Below the pieces are notes generated by a model. That model was not told where the DNA came from. It was given only the letters and a program-made list of their open reading frames with translations, and made no database searches. DNA of 64,000 nt from an uncultured Gemmatimonadales bacterium (GTDB taxonomy: Bacteria > Gemmatimonadota > Gemmatimonadetes > Gemmatimonadales > GWC2-71-9): contig CAWDPF010000012.1 of NCBI GenBank assembly GCA_963804125.1, positions 11,732-75,731 of the forward strand, written 5' to 3'. Shown here piece by piece: positions 34,579 through 43,516 of the stretch; the stretch's first letter is position 1; each line of letters starts with the position of its first letter. A program made the position numbers and the translations under genes.

Positions 34579-36249
34579 ATGCTCTCCGAGCTCCGCGTTC
34601 GCGACCTCGCCACCATCGCCGACGTCACCCTCGACCTCGGCCCTGGCCTCAACGTCCTCACCGGCGAGACCGGCGCCGGCAAGTCCATGCTCGTCGACGC
34701 CCTCGCGCTGCTGCTCGGCGAGCGGGCGGCGAGCGGCAGCGTCCGTCCCGGCGCCGCGAAGGCGATCGTCGAAGGCGCCTTCGAGGGCCTCGACGCCCGC
34801 ACCCGGCGCCAGGTCGAAGCCCTCGGCCTCGACGTCGAGGACGCGCGCGTCGTCGTGCGGCGCGAGGTCTCGGCCGAGGGCCGCTCGCGCGCGTGGGTCA
34901 ACGGCAGCCCGACCACCGCCGCGGTCCTCGGCCAGCTCGGCGCCCTCCTGGTGGACCTCCACGGCCAGCACGAGACCCAGTCGCTGCTCCACGCCGACGC
35001 GCAGCGGGACATCCTCGACGCGTTCGCCCACGCGGAGCCGGAGCGGGTGGCGGTGGCCGAGGCGCACGCGGCACTCATCGCGCTCCGCGAGGAGGAGGCG
35101 TCGCTCGCGAGCCGGCGCGACGAGGTGCGCCGGCGGGCCGACTACCTGCGCCACGTCGTGCACGAGATCGAGCAGGCCAGGCTCCAGCCGGGCGAGGACG
35201 CGGCGCTGCAGGTCGAGGCCCGCCGGCTCAGCCAGGCCGGCGCGCTGGGCGAACAGGCGCAGCGCATCGTCGACGCGCTCGAGGGCGACGCGGGCAACGC
35301 GCTCGGCGCGCTGGGCGCGGCCGACCGGGCACTCGCGGGGCTCGAGAAGGTCGACCCCGCCGTCGCCGGCTGGCGGGAGATGCTCGACGCGGCGTACACC
35401 AATCTCTCCGAGCTCGCCCGGCAGGCCGCGTCGTACGCCGGCGAGCTCGAGGAGGATCCCGAGCGGCTGGCCGAAGTCGAGCGCCGGCGCGACCTGCTGT
35501 TCAAGCTCACCGGGAAATACGGCGCCACGCTCGAGGCGGTGCTGGCCACGCGCGACCAGAGCGCCGCCGAGCTCGACCTGCTCGACACCGCCGACGTCGA
35601 CCTCCGCGCCCTCGGCGCGCGCCGCGCCGCCGCCGAGTCGTCGCTCCGGGCGGCCGCGGACGCGCTCTCGGCCAAGCGCAGGGACGCCGCCGACCGGCTC
35701 GCGCGCGGGGTCAACCGGCTGCTGCCGCAGTTGGGGCTGCCGGGCGGCAAGCTGCTGGTCTCGCTGGCGACGCTAGCCGAGCCGGCGTCGCACGGGCAGG
35801 AGGGCGTGCACTTCGACGTGCAGCTCAACGTCGGTCTCGAGGCCAAGCCGCTCGCCCGGGTGGCCTCGGGCGGCGAGCTGTCGCGGCTGATGCTCGCGCT
35901 CAAGGTCGTGCTCGTGCGGCACGACGCGATCGCCACGCTGGTCTTCGACGAGGTGGATCAGGGGATCGGCGGCGAGGTCGGGGCGCAGGTGGGCGCGGCG
36001 CTCGCCGAGGTGGCGGAGCGGCATCAGGTGCTGGTGATCACGCACCTGCCGCAGATCGCCGCGCGGGCCGACCAGCATCTCGTCGTGAGCAAGGAGGCCC
36101 GGGGCGGCATCGCCACGAGCGACGTCCAGCCGATTCATGGGGAGGATCGCGTGGCGGAGCTGGCCCGGATGCTGGGTGACTCGGAGGGCGACGCGGCGCG
36201 GCGGCACGCGCAGGCGCTGCTGCGGAAGGAAGGGAAGGCGCGGCGGTAG
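34579..36249 (+). CDS. recN: DNA repair protein RecN
   Basis: LTGETGAGKS, ASGGELSR, VFDEVDQG, ITHLPQ. Confidence 0.97.
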   Translation: MLSELRVRDLATIADVTLDLGPGLNVLTGETGAGKSMLVDALALLLGERAASGSVRPGAAKAIVEGAFEGLDARTRRQVEALGLDVEDARVVVRREVSAEGRSRAWVNGSPTTAAVLGQLGALLVDLHGQHETQSLLHADAQRDILDAFAHAEPERVAVAEAHAALIALREEEASLASRRDEVRRRADYLRHVVHEIEQARLQPGEDAALQVEARRLSQAGALGEQAQRIVDALEGDAGNALGALGAADRALAGLEKVDPAVAGWREMLDAAYTNLSELARQAASYAGELEEDPERLAEVERRRDLLFKLTGKYGATLEAVLATRDQSAAELDLLDTADVDLRALGARRAAAESSLRAAADALSAKRRDAADRLARGVNRLLPQLGLPGGKLLVSLATLAEPASHGQEGVHFDVQLNVGLEAKPLARVASGGELSRLMLALKVVLVRHDAIATLVFDEVDQGIGGEVGAQVGAALAEVAERHQVLVITHLPQIAARADQHLVVSKEARGGIATSDVQPIHGEDRVAELARMLGDSEGDAARRHAQALLRKEGKARR

Positions 36250-36286
36250 GGCGGACGTCGTCGGACGGGCAGCGGTGCGATCGGAC

Positions 36287-36391
36287 CGTCATCCCGAGCG
36301 GAGCGAGGTGATCGGCCGAAGCATCGCGAGTGACGCGTCGAGCTCTACGACGCACCGCCGACGCCGATCCCTCGCTCCGCTCGGGATGACG
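36287..36391. repeat. REP-like palindrome
   Basis: cgtcatcccgagcggagcgagg...cctcgctccgctcgggatgacg. Confidence 0.85.
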
Positions 36392-36397
36392 ACACAC

Positions 36398-36439
36398 CTG
36401 ACCGCCTGACCGCCCGACCGCCCGACCGCCTGCCCGCCT
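36398..36439 (+). repeat. Octamer tandem array (YGACCGCC-like, about 5 units)
   Basis: ctgaccgcctgaccgcccgaccgcccgaccgcctgcccgcct. Confidence 0.75.
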
Positions 36440-38020
36440 AAAAGATCCCAAAGTACGCCCGAAACCTCGCCCGAAACGTATGCCGGTCCGGCACGATCCC
36501 CCCCGATGTCCGCACGATGCGCTCGTACCCCCAGCTCGCATCGACCGGCAGCCCCCGCCCGCCCTCGCGAAACTTCCCGGCATTGCTGTACGTGATCCCG
36601 ATGCCCAGCACCGTCGCGCTCGCCTTGGTGTCCTGCGCGAGCACCGACGCGTCGACGCCCGGAATCTCGTCGGCCGGCGGTCAGGTAGGAGACCTCGTCT
36701 TCTCCGCGCGACCAGTGCATCGCCGTGCCCTGGATCGCGAACGTCGGCGCCAGCCGGAAGAACGGCCGCACCGCGATCCGCACCACGTCGCCCGGATCGC
36801 GCCGCACCGCGCTCAGCAGATCGAGTCCCGCGAGCGGCTGCGTCGGCGGGGCCACGCGCAGGAGGTAATCCGCCGCGAGCTGCCGATTGTACATCCCCTC
36901 CCCCCGGAGGCCCCAGCGGCCGGCGCCGAGGTCCGCGGTGAGCCGGAGCTCGACGTCGGTCTGCCCGTCGCCGGTGCCCATGGCGAGCACGCGGTCGGGC
37001 CGCGCCAGCTCGCCGGTCGGGAAGCGGACGAGGCCCTCGACCGCCGCGCGAAAGCCGCCGCGACCGCGTGCCCGGTCCCAGCGATCCACCAGCGTGAGCG
37101 CCACGCCCGCCTCCGCGTCGCCGCGGAAGGTGAGCTTGGTCTCGTCCAGCTGCAGCGCGGTCGGTCCCGACGGATCGCCGAGGGCGGCGAGGAGATCGGC
37201 TGTCGTCGCCGGCTCGGTCGGAAGGGTCGGCAGCGTCGCTGAAGCCGGCGACCCCGAAGTCGGACGCGAGCGTGGTCTGGAGCGCGCTCAGGCGCGTGGT
37301 GACGGCGGTGCCGGCGGTGCTGGTGGCGGTGGGCACGAACGAGGAGGCGGTCAGCGGATCGGCGAGGAGCCCGAAGAGGTCGTCGCGGAGCGCGGTCGCG
37401 TCCGAGAGCGTGGACGCGGCGCGGGCCTTGAGCGCGGGGTCGCCGTCGAAGTCGCCGTCGGCGAGCCGCTGGCTCAGCGTCGCCAGCGAAGCGTCGAACT
37501 GGTCGAAGAACGTGGCCTGCGCGTCGGTGCCCGGGCGTGAGGCCGGCGTCGGTGGTGGTTGTCGACGTGAGGGCGTAGGACGTCTGCACCCGGGCGCGGA
37601 CGAGCGGAACGTTGCCGAAGATCGTGATCGCCCGGGTGAGTCCCAGCGCCAGGCCGAGCGAGCCACGGCTTTCGTCGGCCAGCGCGTCGGTGGTGAGCGC
37701 GCCCAGATTGAGGCGGTAGCCCGTCAGGCCCGTGATCCGGCCGATGCGCGCGTCGGCGTCGCTCAGGGAGGGAAGGAGGTCGCTCCCGGCGGCAGGGCTG
37801 GACAGGTCCGTGCCGAGCGGCGCCCGCTCGCCGTCGAGCCAGCGGTGGTCCCAGGTCTCCACCGAGCCGTCGAGGTCCACCCGCAGGACGCCGGCCGGAA
37901 CGCCGACCGGCGCGAGCTGGGCGTACGCCCCCGACGGCGCGAGCAGACCGGCGAGGACCGCCAGACGCCGCGCGCATTGCCCCACAGTCCCTCCCGAGAG
38001 ATGTCGTCCGCCGTGCACAC
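36438..38020 (-). CDS. Hypothetical exported / outer-membrane protein (several frameshifts)
   Basis: Signal-like LAVLAGLLAPSGAYAQ; consecutive minus-frame segments ending ARFRAYFGIF with terminal Phe. Confidence 0.6.
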
Positions 38021-38186
38021 GATGTCGTCCGCGAGACTCGCAACTTCGCAGCATGCGACCAGCTTTGCCACCCGTCCGGCCGTGGTGGCGTCCGTTCCGG
38101 GCGCGTCAATCTGCCCGGGGAGCACGTCGATTGACAACGGCGGGAGGCGCTGCCCGCCGTGGCGGGGTAGATTCCGGGGCCGTCCG

Positions 38187-38270
38187 GCCCGGGTGGCGAA
38201 ACTGGTAGACGCTCGAGACTTAAAATCTCCTGGCCTTCGGGCCGTCCGGGTTCGAGTCCCGGCCCGGGCA
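38187..38270 (+). tRNA. tRNA-Leu (anticodon TAA)
   Basis: GCCCGGG/CCCGGGC acceptor stem, D-loop with GGTA, CT-TAA-AA loop, long variable arm, TTCGAGT T-loop; CCA not encoded. Confidence 0.95.
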
Positions 38271-38420
38271 TCCGCAGGTTTTGTCGCAATCCATCCCTCG
38301 GTGATCCCCGTCACACGCCGCGGCCCGACGCGGTCCTACCTTGCTTACCGCATGAAAGACGTCGTTGGCCTTTGCAAGGCAAACGGCCGATCCCTGTCGA
38401 CTCAGCTTGAAGGAGCCGCT

Positions 38421-38861
38421 GTGGCCGTTCCATTTCCAGCGCCGGGCACCACCATTCTCGTGGTGGATGACGAGCGCATCACCCGCCGCGTTGCCTACCG
38501 CATCCTGAGCGAAGAAGGGTACCGCGTCTTCGAGGCCGCGAGCGCCGACGAGGCGTTGAGCGTGCTCGACATGGCGCACCGGTACATCCACCTCGTCGTG
38601 CTGGACGTCGTCATGCCGGTCGTCGACGGTGTCTCGCTCGGCCGCGAGATCGTCGCGCACTGGCCGGCGCTCAAGCTGCTCTACATGTCGGCCCATCCGG
38701 CCGAGGTGCTCGCGGCACACCGGCTGGACGATCTGCAGGTCCGCTTCCTGGCCAAGCCGTTCACGCGCGACGAGCTGCTGGCAAAGGTGCAGGACGCGCT
38801 CGAACGCCGGCGAGAGCCGCGGGTCTCCGGCAGCACGGAAGGTGTGCCGGATCACGGCTGA
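38421..38861 (+). CDS. Single-domain response regulator receiver
   Basis: ILVVDDE, LDVVMP, YMSA, FLAKPF; AAGGAG RBS before GTG. Confidence 0.9.
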   Translation: MAVPFPAPGTTILVVDDERITRRVAYRILSEEGYRVFEAASADEALSVLDMAHRYIHLVVLDVVMPVVDGVSLGREIVAHWPALKLLYMSAHPAEVLAAHRLDDLQVRFLAKPFTRDELLAKVQDALERRREPRVSGSTEGVPDHG

Positions 38862-38931
38862 TCGCGCGACTTCGTTTCACCGCCTCCGACCGAACCGTCC
38901 CAGGGCTCGACCGTACGTAGTCAGCGCGTTC

Positions 38932-39576
38932 CTAAGGCGATTGGCCCGCACGCCGCGCGGAGTCCGCGGGCGTTGCCGCCCCTCCGCCACCACCAGAGAT
39001 TGAATCGCCGCTCGGCGCGACTGCCTCCGACGGCGTGACTGGCGGCGCGGGGCACGGCACGGGCGACACCTGCTTCACGGGATTCTGGCGGATCAGCTGG
39101 TCCGCGACCACGGTCAGCGGCCCGGCGCCAACCGCAAGCCGCACGTAGTCCTCCCCGTACGGACTGCTCCCCGCGAGCGTGCCGCCGACCGCCTTCGCGG
39201 CCGCGGCGCGGTCGCGCTCGCTCGTTCCCGGCATTGAAGATGACCGCGAGCAGGCCGGGCGCCTCGCTGCCCGCGGGCTCCCCAGCGCAGGCGCGGGCGA
39301 GCGTCGTGTCGGTCGGGTCGGCCGGGCCGACATCCAGCGGGATGGTCGCCGGGTCGGTTTGGATGGATCCCGGGCCGAGCGCCGGCGGGACGCGGTCGGC
39401 GGTCGGGGCGCCGGGAGCGGCCGGGGCGCCGCGCTCCCCCTGTGGCGCGGCGGAGGCTGTCGGCGGGTCCGCGGCGCGAGCGGAGTCGCTGGGCGTCTGC
39501 GCGGTGCCGAGCGTGGAGACGGCCAGCAGGAGCGCCACCACGAGAGTCGGCACACGCAGGGGCCGCAGCTGCCCAT
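38932..39576 (-). CDS. Hypothetical Pro/Ala-rich secreted protein (frameshifted)
   Basis: Hydrophobic LVVALLLAVSTLGTAQ signal-like segment. Confidence 0.45.
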   Translation of the reverse strand: MGSCGPCVCRLSWWRSCWPSPRSAPRRRPATPLAPRTRRQPPPRHRGSAAPRPLPAPRPPTASRRRSARDPSKPTRRPSRWMSARPTRPTRRSPAPALGSPRAARRPACSRSSSMPGTSERDRAAAAKAVGGTLAGSSPYGEDYVRLAVGAGPLTVVADQLIRQNPVKQVSPVPCPAPPVTPSEAVAPSGDSISGGGGGAATPADSARRAGQSP

Positions 39577-39644
39577 GCCGGGTCGTCGCCGTCCGAGCGT
39601 TCGCCGTCCATCCGCGCGTCATCGCCCCGCTCCGCTGCCATGTC

Positions 39645-39964
39645 CTACCCTCCGTCTCCATCTCGCGCACCTCGTAGTGCACCGACCGCGGGTCGTAGCG
39701 CACCAGCAGCGCCCGGGCCTCGGGCGGCACCACCGCGGCCTCGTGATCCTCACCCGCGAACGCGCGCACCGCGTCGAGGGAGTCGAACCGCATGAGGGTG
39801 ACGAACTCGACCTCTTCGCCGGCCGGGCGACGGAAGAGCTCGATGCCGCGATAGCCGGGAATCGCCCGCGATGCGATGCCGCGGAAGATCTCCTCCCGGA
39901 GCAGCCGCTCGTACGCGTCGGCGTCGGCCGGCCGCGTGTACCCATGCCAGAGCCGGGCGATCAT
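39645..39964 (-). CDS. Antibiotic-biosynthesis-monooxygenase-like protein (end approximate)
   Basis: MIARLWHG...FDSLDAVRAFAGED...VHYEV. Confidence 0.8.
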
Positions 39965-40518
39965 GCGCCCCAGTCGCCCGTGTCGCCCGGGTCGCCCGAC
40001 GCCGTTCGGCACGTGTCCACGCCGCTCGGGCCGCCTCCCTCCCCGAACGCCGCGCGGGCGGCAGCCATCCGCTCCTGTTCGACCATCGCGTGCTGAATCA
40101 GCGTCCGGGCCTGCAGCGCCGCGAACGGGTAGCCGCCCAGCCTGGGCTCGTCGGCGGCGACATCCTCGAGTGCCCGGTAGAGCGCGAGCTTGCCCTGGAG
40201 CCCGAGCGCCAGCGATTCGAGGCCCTCGAGCCGGGCAAGCGCCGGGTCCGCCCGCTCCGCGAGCGCCAGGCGCCCGCGGTGCAGCTTCTCGGTGAGCCAG
40301 GCGGTCGCCCGCTTGAGCGAGCTTTCCTCGCCCTCGAGCCGGGCGAGGATCGCCTTGAGTCGTTCCTGCTCCTCGGTCACCTCGTAGTGCAGCCCGCGAA
40401 GCTTCTGCTCGAGCGGCCGCCCGCGCTCGTGATCGGCCAGCGTCTGCATGAGCTGCAGCGCGGCGACCGAGCCGGCGAGATGGTCCTGCAGATAGCGCGT
40501 GAGGGCATTGGTAGGCAT
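39961..40518 (-). CDS. Conserved hypothetical helical protein
   Basis: YLQDHLAGSVAA...LESLALGLQGK. Confidence 0.7.
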   Translation of the reverse strand: MPTNALTRYLQDHLAGSVAALQLMQTLADHERGRPLEQKLRGLHYEVTEEQERLKAILARLEGEESSLKRATAWLTEKLHRGRLALAERADPALARLEGLESLALGLQGKLALYRALEDVAADEPRLGGYPFAALQARTLIQHAMVEQERMAAARAAFGEGGGPSGVDTCRTASGDPGDTGDWGA

Positions 40519-40532
40519 GAGGGCTCCGCCGA

Positions 40533-41059
40533 TCAGGGCGCCGGCGCGGCGCCGAGCCCGCGCACGATCTTGAGCGTCGTGATGAACTGACCGGTATGCC
40601 GCGACGTGTGCTCGGCCGCGTGGACGATGCAGGCCGAGCACGGTCGCCGGCAGCCCGGCGCGGCCGACGGGGCGGATCTCGCCGTATGTCGCGGGCGGCG
40701 TGCGCCCGAGCTGGACGACCGCGCGGTCGATCCCGGCCTGGGCCTCCGCGACGAGCTGGTCGGCACCGACGCCCGGCTCGCCCTCGCGCATGAGTGCCCC
40801 GAGCTGTGACGCCGAGAGCTTCTCTCCCCGAGCGTACGTCAGGAGCCGCTCGAGGCTGCCGGCAAGGTGGCGCAGGTGGAAGCCCGCCGAGGCGGCACCG
40901 CCCGGGCGGGCCCAGAGGTCGTCGTCGCTTGCATCGGCCGCGGCGGCCGCGATGTCCTCGCGCGCCTGGACGAGGGCGTGCGCGACGGGCATCAATGTGG
41001 GGTCGATGCCGGGCAAGGGGCCTCGGAGCCAGACTTCCGGGACGGACGGGGACGCTCAT
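40533..41059 (-). CDS. DinB/YfiT family protein (frameshifted)
   Basis: SAGFHLRHLAGSLERL and HAAEHTSRHTGQ His motifs. Confidence 0.8.
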
Positions 41060-41244
41060 GCTGACAATCTAATGATTCGGGGGCAGGGGATCGGGTGTGG
41101 ATCGCTATCGGGTGGGATCCCTCGGGTGAGGATCCCTGCCGGGTGTGGGTGAGTCCGGGTCCTGATTTCGCGGTGGTCGTCGGCAGGCTAGCTTCGCGTT
41201 TTTTGGCACTATTCGTCGAGACCGATCCTGTCTAGGATCCGACC

Positions 41245-41502
41245 ATGTCCAAAGACCCTGAGCCGACCGCCTCCCCGCGCGCCCCGAAGCTCCTGGACCA
41301 GGCGCGCCAGGCCGTCCGCCTCCGTCACCTCAGCCGCCGGACCGAGGAGAGCTACATCGCGTGGATCCGCCGCTACGTCCGCTTCCATGCGCTTCGCCAC
41401 CCGCGTGAGCTCGGGGCGGCCGACGTCACCCGGTTCCTCGCGTCGCTCGCCGAGGCGGGGCGGCTCAGCGCCTCGAGCCAAACGCAGGCGCTGAGCGCTC
41501 GT
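41245..41502 (+). pseudogene. intI: Integron integrase, N-terminal domain only (truncated)
   Basis: KLLDQARQAVRLRHLSRRTEESYIAWIRRY..HPRELG...SASSQTQALSA, then abrupt loss of similarity; no catalytic domain. Confidence 0.9.
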
Positions 41503-41637
41503 GGCGACTGGCGGCCAGCGGCGATTCACTCTTGGGCGAGACGCGCCTGTTCTTCGACGTCGGCCCGACCGAGTCGGTCGTTGGTGCGGCCTGGGCTCGG
41601 CGAGCCACCTGTGACGCGTAGAGATCTCCCGGCTGCG

Positions 41638-41766
41638 GCCTAACCCGCTAATGCAGCCGCCAAACGCGGGCGGGGGCCGAAGCTCCAGGGCTGTCGACGC
41701 TCCCAGCTGCGACAAAGGATCGTAGGTTATCAGGGTCGTTTGCAGCTGATTAGCCATTCGTTAGGC
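41638..41766 (+). repeat. attC site
   Basis: GCCTAAC...ATGCAGCCG...TGCAGCTGAT...GTTAGGC. Confidence 0.92.
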
Positions 41767-41779
41767 CGTCAGCCCCGGG

Positions 41780-42323
41780 CTATGGTCTGTCACGGCGATA
41801 CTCCAGTCGAGTGACGAGCTGCCAGGTCGTGCCACCATCGGGGGATAGTTCGGTCTCCGTGGTGACCGCATCGCCTGTCAGGACCCGGTACGTCAGTCGA
41901 AGGCGGAGAATGCGGTCCCCCAGGTTCCGGCTCCATTCGAACCGCAGCGGGTGTACCCGAGTATCCGCCTCAAACAGCAGCAGCGCGCCGTGGTCGGAGT
42001 CCTGCCACACCCGCTGTAGAGAGTCGGCGCCAACTGCAGCGATGAGGCTTATCGCGTGAAAGCCACGACCCGAGCGGGTACCCTCAAACCGTTCCAGAAG
42101 TCCGCACCCTCCCGCTGCGGACTCTATGGTGGCTCGGGCTTCTGAGGTGACGTACCGCTCGGGCGCGACTCGGTCGAGCCAAGTAACGCGCCAGCCTCCT
42201 CCCATGATGGCAAGCGGAGCCAGCGCCTGCGGCGGGCACGCTGATGCCTGAGGGACCTGGCCGGAGGCTGGACCCGGAAAGGCAGTCGAACTCAGGGTGG
42301 CGCTGAGCAGATAGATACGCCAT
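41780..42323 (-). CDS. Cassette gene in inverted orientation, DUF1579-like beta protein (5' end frameshifted or uncertain)
   Basis: ORF 41780..42205 ending ELSPDGGTTWQLVTRLEYRR. Confidence 0.6.
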
Positions 42324-42410
42324 AGGGAAGGCAGCGTAAGGCTCTCACCGTTGGGGGCGAAGTCCCTACGAGGACTTGAGTGGGCGGGTGCCAGCGCTCG
42401 GCACGCTGCG

Positions 42411-42551
42411 GCCTAACGCGCGCATGCAGCCGACAGGCCGGTAAGGCCAGAGCTCCTCTCGGGCGGCGAGCTCCCTGTGGCCGGGCAGAGGAAGCGGAGG
42501 TTTGTGCGGGCGCGGGCCGATGGCCTGCAGCTGATGCGCATTTCGTTAGGC
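42411..42551 (+). repeat. attC site
   Basis: GCCTAAC...ATGCAGCCGAC...TGCAGCTGATGCGC...GTTAGGC. Confidence 0.92.
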
Positions 42552-42669
42552 GGCTGCCACCGAATGCGGCGACGCCACGAAGCCTCGTGGTGGCGTGACT
42601 AAGGCTATGCGGGTAAGACCGGCGAGCTTGTCTTTGGGGATTCCAAAGGATTCCAGAGGAGGCACCATT

Positions 42670-43161
42670 ATGGGTGGTCGATCTCGCGGCATCGCGCTGG
42701 CGGGAGTCGGGGCTGTGATCACTGGGATCCTACTGACAGTAGCACTGCAGGGTGAAAGATCGGTCTCGCAGCTCGGAGGGGGACGCCGCGTGATTCGAGC
42801 GGGGCCGAACACGGGAGGCCTTCCCTATAGCCCGGGCATCCTTGTTGGCAACACGCTCTATCTGGCGGGGGCCATAGGAGAGGACGCAGCCAATAACATC
42901 GTTCCCGGTGGAATCCAAGCGGAGACGCGCCAAGCCCTCGCCAACGTGGGCGAAGTGCTGAAGGCCGCCGGTATGAGTTTTCAGGACGTCACGTCCGTGA
43001 CCGTGTACATCACCAGCTTCGATGACTTCGCCGGTTTCAACCAGGTTTACCAAAAGGTCTTTTCGACTAATCCGCCTGCAAGAGCTACCGTGCAGGTTGC
43101 TGCGCTGATTGGTGGAGCAAGGGTCGAATTACAGATGGTCGCTGTAGAACCTCACCCTTAA
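42670..43161 (+). CDS. RidA/YjgF family protein with N-terminal hydrophobic segment
   Basis: PYSPG, TRQALAN, FNQVY, PPARATVQV, VEL. Confidence 0.9.
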   Translation: MGGRSRGIALAGVGAVITGILLTVALQGERSVSQLGGGRRVIRAGPNTGGLPYSPGILVGNTLYLAGAIGEDAANNIVPGGIQAETRQALANVGEVLKAAGMSFQDVTSVTVYITSFDDFAGFNQVYQKVFSTNPPARATVQVAALIGGARVELQMVAVEPHP

Positions 43162-43231
43162 AACGGAATCCTTCGCGCCCCGTGTCGTGCGACGCTGTAA
43201 GCTTCCGGTAGCCGCAGTGCCTCCGGCAGCC

Positions 43232-43360
43232 GCCTAACCCGCTAATGCAGCCGACAAACGCGGGCAGAGCGGCGCTCCTCGGCTGACGGCGCTCCCGGTG
43301 GGGCTGTGGACCATAAGTTTTGCAAGTGGTCGTTTGCAGCTGATTAGCATTTCGTTAGGC
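43232..43360 (+). repeat. attC site
   Basis: GCCTAAC...GTTAGGC with conserved L boxes. Confidence 0.92.
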
Positions 43361-43420
43361 GGACGCGCGAGCATTTTGGTAGGATAAGACACGACTGGCA
43401 TCACTATCGCGGATACGTGC

Positions 43421-43516
43421 ATGCATTCAGGCCAAATCGTTTCTGATTGCGACGGCACCTTGGTCGACAGCAAACCCGGCGCGAACACGGTCTGGCTGGA
43501 AGTCGCTGCCGAGTGA
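43421..43516 (+). pseudogene. 31-codon HAD-hydrolase N-terminal remnant
   Basis: MHSGQIVSDCDGTLVDSK...; its stop overlaps the GTG of the next gene. Confidence 0.55.

Noticed and set aside
1354-36207. Long antisense and alternate-frame ORFs (e.g. 1354..4365, 20429..22798, 22740..24956)
   Set aside because: Shadow ORFs caused by high GC3 codon bias opposite well-supported genes.
38932-41059. Minus-strand genes divergent from intI as the real cassette array
   Set aside because: They are tightly packed, have host-like GC, and show no attC or attI core between them.
38187-41245. tRNA-anchored genomic island or prophage
   Set aside because: No duplicate of the tRNA 3' end and no phage-type integrase seen in the window; the only recombinase is the intI fragment.
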